Shown here one piece after another: positions 28,068 to 36,137 of a stretch of DNA of 62,611 nt (within the stretch, counting starts at the first letter, position 1; each line of letters begins with the position of its first letter). A program made the position numbers and the translations under genes. The DNA comes from an uncultured Lentisphaeraceae bacterium (GTDB lineage Bacteria > Verrucomicrobiota > Kiritimatiellia > RFP12 > UBA1067). The notes under the pieces are model-generated. The model was not told the DNA's origin and searched no databases. It worked only from the letters and a program-made list of their open reading frames with translations. The stretch covers positions 1 through 62,611 of the forward strand of contig CAZKZI010000002.1 of assembly GCA_964557205.1 (NCBI GenBank). The letters run 5' to 3'.

Positions 28068-29355
28068 GATCCGTCTCCTTCAAGAGGGTTTCGAAGTGGC
28101 CCAGATAGGGGATCGCGCCGTAGCGGCCGCGGATGTAATTGGCGGCAAGATCCGCATCATTGCGCACCTTGGAGCCGTCCGGGAGTTTGAACTCGGCCAA
28201 CGAATAGAGCGTCGTGGCGGCGAGGCGGTCCTTTTCCGTGAACCAGATCTGGTCGCGGCGCAGCTTGCCCTTTTCGAGCAGCATCGTGTCGTGCGTGACA
28301 AAGATCAACTGCGCGCCCTTGGGATTCGTCACGGTGGAGTTGAACATTCCGACGATGGCCTTGGTCAGTAGCGGGTGCAACTTGGCGTCCAACTCGTCGA
28401 TAGCCACCACGTAACCGTTGTCGAGGCAATCTAGAAGCGGGGCGGCCATGCGCAGGAACTTCTTAGTGCCTTCTGACTCTCGCTCGTTAAATGGAAAAGG
28501 TATGAGGATGTCCGGTTCACCGTCACGAAACCGTTGATGGATCGCTGAAATCTTCAGAGACGTTTGGTTGCGCAATTTGTTCTGCATTTCCGGGGTAAAG
28601 AACTTGAGATATCCTTCGTCGGCAGAAGTTGGCGCTTCATTGACGCTGAGTTCTGAGATTCCGACATCCGCGTTTCTGACAAAACGCACAAGTTGATCAT
28701 GCTTTGTCACGTCTTGGATGCAACGAGCGGTATAGGCGTCAAACATTTGATCGTTCAGTCCGTGGATCGTCCGGAAGTCGTTAAACCACTTGAGGATGTG
28801 ACCGGCAGTCTCGCCGTTGAACTGCGCGACGACCGAGAGGAAGAGGGCGTTATCGCGGGTCTTATCCTCCAGTCCGGAGCCCTCCTTGAACGTTTTGCGG
28901 ACGTCGATGCCGTCGTCCTCGCGCAGGAAGAGGGTGGTCTCTTTGGTCTTTTCCGTGCGGAGCAGCCATTCCTTGCGGACGGCCTTGCTGTCGGCCTCGA
29001 AACCATAGCGGTAACGCGCGCCGTTCTGGATAAGCGTGATCTCGAAGCGGCTCGGGGCGTTTTCGGTGGCGGTGTCCAGCAGGAAAGGCTTGACGGGTAT
29101 ATCATCCTCGACCTGAGTTTCCTTGGACGAGGAGAGTACGAAGCGCCGCATGAAGACCATGGCGGCGATCAGGTTCGACTTGCCGCTTGCGTTGGCGCCA
29201 TAGATGGCGGCGCTTTTTAGCAGGCGGGTATCGTCGGAGCCGGCCTCGAAGGTGTTATCATCGAGCTGCTCCTTGTAGGCGTTCACGGCGACCATGCTGA
29301 GCCGCACGGGGTCCTTGAACGAAAGATAGTTGCCGACTTCGAAATCGATCAACAT
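28045..29355 (-). CDS. AAA_15/AAA_21-type ABC-like ATPase (RloA/OLD-N-terminal-like)
   Basis: MLIDFEVGNYLSFKD..., Walker A IYGANASGKSNLI, the C-terminal VVAIDELDAKLHP (Walker B/D-loop) and QLIFVTHDT (H-loop). Confidence 0.85.
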   Translation of the reverse strand: MLIDFEVGNYLSFKDPVRLSMVAVNAYKEQLDDNTFEAGSDDTRLLKSAAIYGANASGKSNLIAAMVFMRRFVLSSSKETQVEDDIPVKPFLLDTATENAPSRFEITLIQNGARYRYGFEADSKAVRKEWLLRTEKTKETTLFLREDDGIDVRKTFKEGSGLEDKTRDNALFLSVVAQFNGETAGHILKWFNDFRTIHGLNDQMFDAYTARCIQDVTKHDQLVRFVRNADVGISELSVNEAPTSADEGYLKFFTPEMQNKLRNQTSLKISAIHQRFRDGEPDILIPFPFNERESEGTKKFLRMAAPLLDCLDNGYVVAIDELDAKLHPLLTKAIVGMFNSTVTNPKGAQLIFVTHDTMLLEKGKLRRDQIWFTEKDRLAATTLYSLAEFKLPDGSKVRNDADLAANYIRGRYGAIPYLGHFETLLKETDHGETRQD

Positions 29356-29429
29356 GGCTAATCCTTTTGGTTCTGTGTCTCAAAAACAGCCGTAGTATGA
29401 CACAAGAATCCGTCTAATGCATCAGAAAT

Positions 29430-29444
29430 TGTGATAAAATCACA
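29430..29444. promoter_or_regulatory. perfect 6-3-6 palindrome TGTGATAAAATCACA upstream of the ATPase/RloB operon
   Basis: Read directly from the sequence. It lies about 75 nt upstream of the ATPase start (29355, minus strand) in an AT-rich stretch. Confidence 0.25.
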
Positions 29445-29771
29445 AAAATATAAATTCATACTCCTGAATACGCCGACGATCGGCGGCCAGATTGTTGAGG
29501 CGGGGTTAGTACAGGGCGAGCGTGGATGTTCTCGGGGCAGGCTCGTGTTTTCCAGGGAAGCGCTGATCGCGAAAGGGGCTACCTGGGCGATGGATGCCTG
29601 CCTTATCTTCTGGTTTATGATGTCGCGCCGCTGGATGAAAATGATCCCTTGAACGGATATGTCTGGGATCTTTCGAAAGTACCTGACGTCGACAGCGGGC
29701 TCGGCTCCGCCGTTCCGAAGAAAGGCATCGCGTTGAGTGAGCTGATGAAAGCCGCGAATAAGAAAACGTAG

Positions 29772-30120
29772 TACGGAGGGAGAGCGCTCAAGGGGAGATG
29801 TGGAATGGGGGAGAGTAGCAGTTGGCAGAAGCAGTGGGCAGAGATGGTCCGTCTTCGTCCGGCAGATGCCCGTCTTCTTCCCTCATGAGCGGGATTTCGT
29901 CGTGATACAGCCGGACTACGTCGCGGCAGACCGGGGTAGCGGGGTGGGGGAAGTTCTAAAGTTTGAGAGTGCAAAAATGCGGGAGTTGGGGGAAGAGGGA
30001 AGACAGTGGGCAGTAAGCAGTAGGCAGGGCGGAAAGCGCGGTAGGCACGATAAGCACGATAAGCCGGGGTAGCGGGATGGGGATGGTGGAAGTTCGAGAG
30101 TGCGGAAGTTGGGGGAGAGA
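29772..30120 (+). repeat. purine-rich 7-nt-periodic tract with two ~57-70-nt direct repeats
   Basis: Heptad runs are visible (GGCAGAA GCAGTGG GCAGAGA; GCAGTAA GCAGTAG GCAGGGC). 29931-30000 and 30064-30120 are direct repeats (CCGGGGTAGCGGG.TGGGG...GAAGTTC...GAGAGTGC...GGAGTTGGGGGA.GAG). Confidence 0.6.
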
Positions 30121-30180
30121 CGCGATAGGCCCTCTGCCTTAACAACGGCTTGCATTACCCGGCAATAGACATGGAACAGT

Positions 30181-30203
30181 TGCCTTGCCTTGCCTTGCCT
30201 TGC
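30181..30203. repeat. pentanucleotide microsatellite (TGCCT)x4
   Basis: tgccttgccttgccttgccttgc, read directly; about 130 nt upstream of tlyA. Confidence 0.9.
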
Positions 30204-30333
30204 GCTGACCTGTTGTGGTAACTTGTAGTCATGGCAAAGCGGTTGAGCGGATGGCGGAAAGGCTGATGACCAACAGGGTTGTGCAGCGGGCGGCCGCGCG
30301 GGTCTTAAGGATGCTGGAAACAGGAAAAGTCTA

Positions 30334-31122
30334 ATGTCAAACTACGCCCCCTGTGTGGGATTAAAGAGGCGTCTTGACGAACTGCTGGTCATGGCCGGTC
30401 TGGCTGAGAGCAAAGAGCGCGCAAAGCGGCTGATTATGGCGGGTGAGGTGCGGGCGGGAGGGCAGGTGGCGACCAAGCCCGGACACAAGTATGCCGCTGA
30501 CGTGAGCCTGACAGTGGCGGCGCGCCCACGTTTCGTAAGCCGCGGCGGCGATAAACTGGAAGGGGCTTTTGCCGCCTTTCCGGCCTTTGATGTTGGGGCG
30601 AAAGTCTGTTTGGATGTGGGAGCTTCGACAGGCGGGTTCACTGATTGCCTGCTGCAGCACGGCGCGGCACGTGTGATAGCGCTGGACGTGGGCAAGGGAC
30701 AATTGCACTGGAAGATGCGGCAGGATCCGCGGGTGCATGTGATCGAAGGTTTCAACGCGCGGTATATGCGGTTGTCCGACCTGCCAGAGCAACCGCAGGC
30801 TGCTGTGACGGATGTCTCTTTCATCTCGCTGAAGCTGATATTGCCGCCGATATCGGACGTGCTGCCGCCGGGAGGCGAGATCGTTTCTCTGATCAAGCCG
30901 CAGTTCGAGGCCGGTCGCGAGAACGTGCCCGGCGGTGTCGTGCGTGATCCGGCGGTGCGAGAGGCGGTGGTGGCGGGAATCCGTGATTTCGGAACCGGAT
31001 TTTTGCATCTTGAATGGCTTGGCTGTGTAGAATCGCCGTTGAAGGGTCCGGAAGGGAATGTCGAGTTCCTGGCGTTGTGGCGCAAGGAGAAGAGAGAAGA
31101 GAGAATAGGGAATAGGGAATAG
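30334..31122 (+). CDS. tlyA: TlyA-family rRNA (cytidine-2'-O)-methyltransferase
   Basis: S4-like N-terminus (RLDELLVMAGLAESKERAKRLIMAGEVR), FVSRGGDKLEGA, and the SAM motif CLDVGASTGGFTDCLLQHGA. The last ~12 codons (RKEKREERIGNRE) are encoded by the downstream repeat tract. Confidence 0.85.
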   Translation: MSNYAPCVGLKRRLDELLVMAGLAESKERAKRLIMAGEVRAGGQVATKPGHKYAADVSLTVAARPRFVSRGGDKLEGAFAAFPAFDVGAKVCLDVGASTGGFTDCLLQHGAARVIALDVGKGQLHWKMRQDPRVHVIEGFNARYMRLSDLPEQPQAAVTDVSFISLKLILPPISDVLPPGGEIVSLIKPQFEAGRENVPGGVVRDPAVREAVVAGIRDFGTGFLHLEWLGCVESPLKGPEGNVEFLALWRKEKREERIGNRE

Positions 31123-31475
31123 GGAAGAGTGAATAGTGAAGAGGGAATAGTGGAGAGTGGAGAGAGCAGGGACCGGGGGATTTCAACCACAGAGAACACT
31201 GAGAGCACAGAGAGAGAGAAGAGAGAATAGGGAATAGGGAATAGTGGAGAGTGGAGAGACCGGGGGATTTGTAACCACGAATGAGAAAGAAAGCAAGGAC
31301 CGGGGGATTTTTAACCACAGAGAACACTGAGAGCACAGAGAGAGAGAATAGTGAATAGTGAATAGTGAATAGGGAATAGGGCAGAATTAGGAATTAGGAA
31401 TTAGGAGTTAGGGGCGTGGCGCGGCTGGTGGAATAGTGAAGAGGGAAGAGAGCAGGGGCCGGGGGCGTTAGAGTA
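31085..31475 (+). repeat. cluster of purine-rich 7-nt-periodic tracts with three copies of a conserved core
   Basis: Heptads GAATAGG x3, GAAGAGT, GAATAGT, GAAGAGG, GAATAGT, GGAGAGT and so on. The core CA.GGACCGGGGGATTT(C/TT)AACCACAGAGAACACTGAGAGCACAGAGAGAGAG occurs at 31167-31218 and 31294-31346. A partial core lies at 31254-31285. Confidence 0.85.
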
Positions 31476-31524
31476 GGCATTTTTTTTGTTACAGTCCGAA
31501 GCTGTTTGCGTATATATTAAAGGC

Positions 31525-33237
31525 ATGAAGCTTTTTTGCGTCATTTTAGCCGCCGCTCTGATCATTGCGCTGCCTTTCATGTTAAGGAAGGCGCCTGCCG
31601 CGGGTGAGTGGAACGATGGCGATCCCGAGCTGATTGTTGTGACCGCCCACAATGAGGCTTTCCGGCAGGAGTTTGCCGATGGTTTTTCAGCTTGGCACCG
31701 GGAAAGATACGGCAGTCCGGTGCGTATCGACTGGCGGGTGATCGGCGGCACGACCGAGATCATGCGTTATCTGGCGTCGGAGTACGCGGCTTCCGCGCGG
31801 CGTTATTTCACTGGACTAGGCCTGCCGTGGCCGGCTGATGGCAGCGCGGCGGTGCTGGCCGCCAAAAGGCCGGAGCCGGAAGACCGCGGGGAATTGTGGG
31901 AGAGGTTTAGGGCATCGGACAACGCCGCTGAGATCACCTGCCGCATGGATCTGTTTTTCGGTGGCGGCACGTATGACCACTCTAAGGCGGAGCGGCAGGG
32001 GCTCACGGTGTCGGCCTGGGGTCAGGCAGGCCCGCCGCCTGGTATATTCGAGGATGCGGATGGGCGTGTGCTGATACCGCGAGAGATGAACGGCGAGGTC
32101 TGGTACGGCGAGGCTTATTACGGCTGTGTGCTGAGCGCCTTCGGAATTTGTTACAACCGCGACCGTCTGGCGGACCTCGGGATCGATAAGCGTCCTGAGG
32201 CGTGGCGGGATCTGGCTGATCCGCGTTATTTCGGCACGTTAGGGTTGGCTGATCCATCCAAAAGCGGCAGCGTGGCCAAAGCTTATGAGATGGTGATACA
32301 CGAACAGTGCGCCAAGGCCGTAACTGAGGCCGGGTTCACGCGCGAGCAGATCCGGGAGTTCGAGCGGATGGCCTTTTCAACGGGAGGTTCCGCCGGGCTG
32401 CCGCAGGCATATCAGGCCGCAGTTGAGCGCGGATGGTTGGCTGGCATAAACCTGATGCGCCGCATCGGGGCCAACGCGCGTTACTTCTCCGACGCGTCGG
32501 GCAAGGTGCCTGTGGATGTCAGCGCGGGCGCGGCAGCGGCGGGGATTGCCATTGACTTTTTCGGCAGGCTGCAATCAGAGATGTCCACTCCGCCGGGCGG
32601 CGAGCCGGTTATGTGCTATATCACGCCGATGGGAGGTTCCGGGGTTAATTCAGATCCTATAAGTCTGTTGCGCGGTGCGCCGCACCGGGCGCTGGCGGTG
32701 CGTTTCATCGAGTTCACGCTCGGCGAAGAGGGTCAGCGCCTCTGGAGTTACAGCGTTGGCGAGCCCGGCGGACCGCGGCGCTTCACCTTGCGGCGTTTGC
32801 CTATACGGCGAGATTTCTATCCGTCGGACGACCCGGTGTTGCAGGCGACTTTTGAGCGGCACCGTGCCCATCTCGCCGAGCCCTTGTGGGAGCCGGAGGT
32901 CGACGCCTACCGGCTGGGCGCGTCCTTTATTTATGAGGCGCGCTGGACCAGTCGGCATTTCGGTGTGCAGCGCGACTTGATCCGGGCCATGTGCATGGAC
33001 TCCGGCGATGAGCTGCGGAGTGCGTGGCAGGCCATTCTGGAAAACGGCGGGCCTGAGAACAATCCCGAGGCAATGCGGCTGCTCAATGCGTTGCCGGACC
33101 AGCCGCGTCCCTTGACCTGGGCCAGCGCGGTCGACATTTACGCCACAGTGCCGCGGCTGGAACTGCTGCGCGACTGGACGGCGTTTTTCCGTCGGCAGTA
33201 CCGGCTGGCCGAGAAAAAGGCCTGCACGACCCGATAG
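31525..33237 (+). CDS. periplasmic solute-binding protein (ABC-type, iron/polyamine-like PBP2 fold)
   Basis: Lies within ORF 31486..33237. ATG 31525 gives signal peptide MKLFCVILAAALIIALPF. PELIVVTAHNEAFRQEFADGFSAW...IDWRVIGGTTEIMRYL is typical of this SBP class. The substrate is unknown. Confidence 0.6.
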   Translation: MKLFCVILAAALIIALPFMLRKAPAAGEWNDGDPELIVVTAHNEAFRQEFADGFSAWHRERYGSPVRIDWRVIGGTTEIMRYLASEYAASARRYFTGLGLPWPADGSAAVLAAKRPEPEDRGELWERFRASDNAAEITCRMDLFFGGGTYDHSKAERQGLTVSAWGQAGPPPGIFEDADGRVLIPREMNGEVWYGEAYYGCVLSAFGICYNRDRLADLGIDKRPEAWRDLADPRYFGTLGLADPSKSGSVAKAYEMVIHEQCAKAVTEAGFTREQIREFERMAFSTGGSAGLPQAYQAAVERGWLAGINLMRRIGANARYFSDASGKVPVDVSAGAAAAGIAIDFFGRLQSEMSTPPGGEPVMCYITPMGGSGVNSDPISLLRGAPHRALAVRFIEFTLGEEGQRLWSYSVGEPGGPRRFTLRRLPIRRDFYPSDDPVLQATFERHRAHLAEPLWEPEVDAYRLGASFIYEARWTSRHFGVQRDLIRAMCMDSGDELRSAWQAILENGGPENNPEAMRLLNALPDQPRPLTWASAVDIYATVPRLELLRDWTAFFRRQYRLAEKKACTTR

Positions 33238-33245
33238 AGAACATT

Positions 33246-34715
33246 ATGGAAAAAGGCTTTTATTGGGGGTTGGTAAACAGACTGCATGCCGCAGTAGCGG
33301 CTGGCCTACTGGCGCTCTTATCAGGCTGCTGTTATCATGCGGTCAAGCCCTTGCCGGATGGGCTTTCGTATAGCAGCGGGTGGCTACCGGTGCCGGAAGC
33401 CCGGTTCTTGAGCGACCGCTCCGGTGTGGACGCTGTCGGGCGGCGGCTGGTGGAACAGGAGATTTTCGACGAGGTGTTCGGCATGATCGCCCGAGCCGAA
33501 AGGCTGGTGCTGGTAGACATGTTCCTGTTCAATGATTTTCTCGGCGTCGGTCCGCCGCCGCACCGCTGTCTCAGCAAAGAGCTGACCGAGACCCTGATCG
33601 CGCGCAAGCGTGCTGTGCCGGGATTGCGTGCGGTGCTGATCACCGACCCGGTGAATACAGTTTACGGCGGCATGGAGAACACTTATCTAAAACGTTTGGA
33701 GGCGGCTGGGGTCGAGGTGGTTGTCACCCGCCTGGAGGCGCTGCGCGACAGCAACACCGCCTGGTCGAGCGTATGGAGATTGTTCGTCCAACCTTTTGGC
33801 AACAGCCCGGGCGGCCGGGTGGCAAACCCTTTCGGTCCGGGCCGGGTCACTGTGCGCAGTTGGCTGGCGCTGCTCAACTTCAAGGCCAACCATCGTAAAG
33901 TGGTGGTGGCAGACGCGGGCGGCAGGCTGTACGCGCTGGTTACTTCCGCCAACCCGCATGACGGCAGCAGCGCCCACTCGAACGTCGGGATTGTGTTCGA
34001 GGGCGTGGCGGCGCAGGCAGTGCTGGAGACGGAGCAGGCGGTGCTGGAATTCAGCGCCGCGCCGACAGCGCCTTTATGCAACGAGTTCGTGGATGCCGCG
34101 GCGCACGCCGGGGGTCTGCCTGACGCGGGCGGAGTGCGGTTGCAGGTGCTGACCGAAGCGGCGATCGCAGATGCGGCCGAGGCCATGATAGACAGCTTGG
34201 ATGCAGGTGATCGGCTGGACCTGGTCATGTTTTATCTGGCTGACCGCGGTGTTGTCTGTGCGCTCAAGGCTGCGGCAGGATGCGGCGTGTCCTTGCGCGT
34301 GGCACTTGATCCGAACAAGGACGCTTTCGGGCGGCAGAAAAGCGGGATGCCGAACCGGCAGGTGGCGCGGGAACTGGTGGCGGCGGGTGTGCCGGTGCGC
34401 TGGGCGGTGACGAGCGGCGAGCAGATGCATTCCAAGCTGCTGTTGGCGCGAAGGGCTGACGGCTCGGCTGATCTGCTTTTGGGCTCGGCAAACTTCACGC
34501 GCAGGAATCTTCGGGACTACAATCTGGAGACCAACGTGCGTTTGTCCGGCGGAGCTGAAACGCCCGCGCTGTGCGCTGCGGCGGATTACGCCGAGCTGGT
34601 CTGGAACAACACAGGGCGCGTTTACACGACAGCTTACGAGAAGTATCGCGACGATTCGCGCTGGCGCGTCTGGCGTTACCGACTGCAGGAGGCCACTGGT
34701 CTCTGCACCTGGTAA
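33246..34715 (+). CDS. phospholipase D-family (two HKD motifs) lipoprotein
   Basis: Lipobox LLALLSGC. HKD-1 is NHRKVVVAD. HKD-2 is MHSKLLLARR...LLGSANFTRRN. Confidence 0.85.
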   Translation: MEKGFYWGLVNRLHAAVAAGLLALLSGCCYHAVKPLPDGLSYSSGWLPVPEARFLSDRSGVDAVGRRLVEQEIFDEVFGMIARAERLVLVDMFLFNDFLGVGPPPHRCLSKELTETLIARKRAVPGLRAVLITDPVNTVYGGMENTYLKRLEAAGVEVVVTRLEALRDSNTAWSSVWRLFVQPFGNSPGGRVANPFGPGRVTVRSWLALLNFKANHRKVVVADAGGRLYALVTSANPHDGSSAHSNVGIVFEGVAAQAVLETEQAVLEFSAAPTAPLCNEFVDAAAHAGGLPDAGGVRLQVLTEAAIADAAEAMIDSLDAGDRLDLVMFYLADRGVVCALKAAAGCGVSLRVALDPNKDAFGRQKSGMPNRQVARELVAAGVPVRWAVTSGEQMHSKLLLARRADGSADLLLGSANFTRRNLRDYNLETNVRLSGGAETPALCAAADYAELVWNNTGRVYTTAYEKYRDDSRWRVWRYRLQEATGLCTW

Positions 34716-34860
34716 GAGAGAGAGAATAGAGAAGAGAGAATAGTGAAAGAGTGAAGAGTGGAGAGAGCAGGGGCCGGGGGATTTTAACCACAGAGAGCAC
34801 AGAGAGAGAGGGAATGGGGAAGATGGAAGAGGGAAGAGGGAATAGTTAATAGTGAATGCT
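34716..34860 (+). repeat. purine-rich heptad tract plus one core copy, starting right after the PLD stop codon
   Basis: The core CAGGGGCCGGGGGATTTTAACCACAGAGAGCACAGAGAGAGAG lies at 34768-34810, flanked by GAATAG/GAAGAG heptads. Confidence 0.85.
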
Positions 34861-35034
34861 GGCAGGTTTGCATTGGTCTGTTCCTGTTCGAGCCAGCCGT
34901 GCGCGAGTGTGTGGCGGAGACCGTCTAGGAACGAAAAATCTCTTCCAGCGCACGGCGCACGGCTTTGTCTTTCGGCACGTAGCCGACGTGACATAATAGA
35001 GTCCGTCCGTGTAATCGTGGCTTGCTAGGCGCAA
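34846..35034 (-). pseudogene. possible remnant of an IS200/RAYT-like Y1 transposase N-terminus
   Basis: The minus-strand frame reads RLASHDYTDGLYYVTSATCRKTKP, resembling the conserved RAYT start (..YDYS..G.YFVT.CT..R.). The similarity is short, and downstream frames look scrambled. Confidence 0.25.
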
Positions 35035-35094
35035 CGTCTTACGACGCGGTTGTCGGTGAGTGGCACCGGCTTGAGGCCGCGGTTAGTAATCACT

Positions 35095-35922
35095 TTAGTG
35101 GATGCGTTTGACGGTGCGGGCGGTGAAGGCGAGGTTTTTAAGCGCATCGCAGTAGTTGGGATCAAAAAAGAAGGGTTTCAGGTTATCCCAGGGGACTATT
35201 GTGTCAACCACGCCGGCCGCGCCGCAGAACACGCTGTAGGGCGGTATGTACCAACGGATGCCGCCGGGTTCGATCATGAAGTTACCGTTCTCGAATAACC
35301 CATCGGACATGACCTTGCTGTAAGGGGCCATCTCGGGGGGCAGCGGGGGTGAGTTTTGTTCTTTGCAGGCCTTGTCAACGATGTGTCGGTTAAGTTGAGC
35401 GTATTTTTCGGTGTCGAAAAAGTCATGTTCGGAAAGCAGCTTGCCGGTGTTGAGCGAGAAAACGCGGTTGATAGAGTAAGCATGGCAACCGTTGCCGCCC
35501 TCGGTGTGGTAGCCGTCAATGGTATAGCCGAGATAACCGGCTGTGGCGAGGCAGATTTTAAGCTTGGCGTGGTAATCCAGATAGCGATTCGCCTGTTCCC
35601 TGATTTTGAACAGGGCTTTGTAGACCAAGTACCTTTGGGCTTGGTCCGGTGCATCGTACCGCATCGGCGCGGTTTTGGATTTGTGGTCATAGAACGGGTC
35701 GGTGAAGACATCCCGGCAGATCTGGCGGCGGATGGCGGTGAGCACATTTTTATCAACACCGTCTATGTTATCCGGCCAGTCAATGTTCCAGTCGATGTCT
35801 AGCCCCAGATTGTTGAAACTAGATTTGACGCAGCCCTCGCAGGTTTTTAAAGTGACTTCGTTTTCGGCATACAGGCTGGTGGTGAGGTTGGCGCAGAGGG
35901 CTAAAAACACAAGATGTTTCAT
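35095..35922 (-). CDS. DUF3298/DUF4163-like secreted protein
   Basis: Lies within ORF 35095..36111. ATG 35922 gives signal peptide MKHLVFLALCANLTTSLYA. The C-terminal FMIEPGGIRWYIPPYSVFCGAAGVVDTIVPWDNLKPFF resembles the DUF3298 end motif. Confidence 0.55.
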   Translation of the reverse strand: MKHLVFLALCANLTTSLYAENEVTLKTCEGCVKSSFNNLGLDIDWNIDWPDNIDGVDKNVLTAIRRQICRDVFTDPFYDHKSKTAPMRYDAPDQAQRYLVYKALFKIREQANRYLDYHAKLKICLATAGYLGYTIDGYHTEGGNGCHAYSINRVFSLNTGKLLSEHDFFDTEKYAQLNRHIVDKACKEQNSPPLPPEMAPYSKVMSDGLFENGNFMIEPGGIRWYIPPYSVFCGAAGVVDTIVPWDNLKPFFFDPNYCDALKNLAFTARTVKRIH

Positions 35923-36137
35923 ATCAGGACTCCGAGTTCGGGTTATGCATGGCAAGATGTATGATGTTGAAAGGATGGCACAAGCGGTGACGGATGTCCA
36001 GAAGTGCCGATAAAAAATTCGGATATTCCAGTATGTTAATGAATAACGCCTGCCAATGTCTGTCAAAACACTGTTTTCGCAAAAGCCGCAAAAAAGAGCA
36101 AAGTGTGGCAAACGGGTTTATCGACGTTGACAGCAGT

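Larger units (their letters stand above)
17910..29470. other. accessory island 1 (AT-richer): TA remnants, TAC-like module, McrBC-like and AAA/RloB defence genes
   Basis: Base composition visibly drops relative to the flanks. The content is almost entirely defence or TA genes and gene remnants. The borders are approximate, and no integrase or tRNA was seen. Confidence 0.55.

Noticed and set aside
29430-29444. The palindrome TGTGATAAAATCACA as a CRP/FNR-family site.
   Set aside because: The half-sites TGTGA/TCACA are separated by 5 nt rather than the canonical 6. It is kept only as a generic operator candidate.
29615-30145. A 176-aa minus-strand ORF, and the 30893..31336 and 34495..34800 ORFs, encoding SLFPIPYSLF / LCSLWLKSPGPCSL-type peptides.
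   Set aside because: These are translations of the pyrimidine-rich complement of the repeat tracts, i.e. repeat-generated pseudo-ORFs.
31085-31475. Could the repeat clusters at 31.1, 34.7 and 48.8 kb be a CRISPR array?
   Set aside because: There is no constant-length repeat alternating with unique spacers. The units are 7-nt microsatellite-like tracts around a ~45-nt core with variable spacing, and no cas genes are present.
35923-36137. A Rho-independent terminator after the helicase gene at the end of the seven-gene operon.
   Set aside because: I found only direct repeats (CGCAAAAGCCGCAAAA) and no convincing GC-rich hairpin followed by a T-run on the minus strand.
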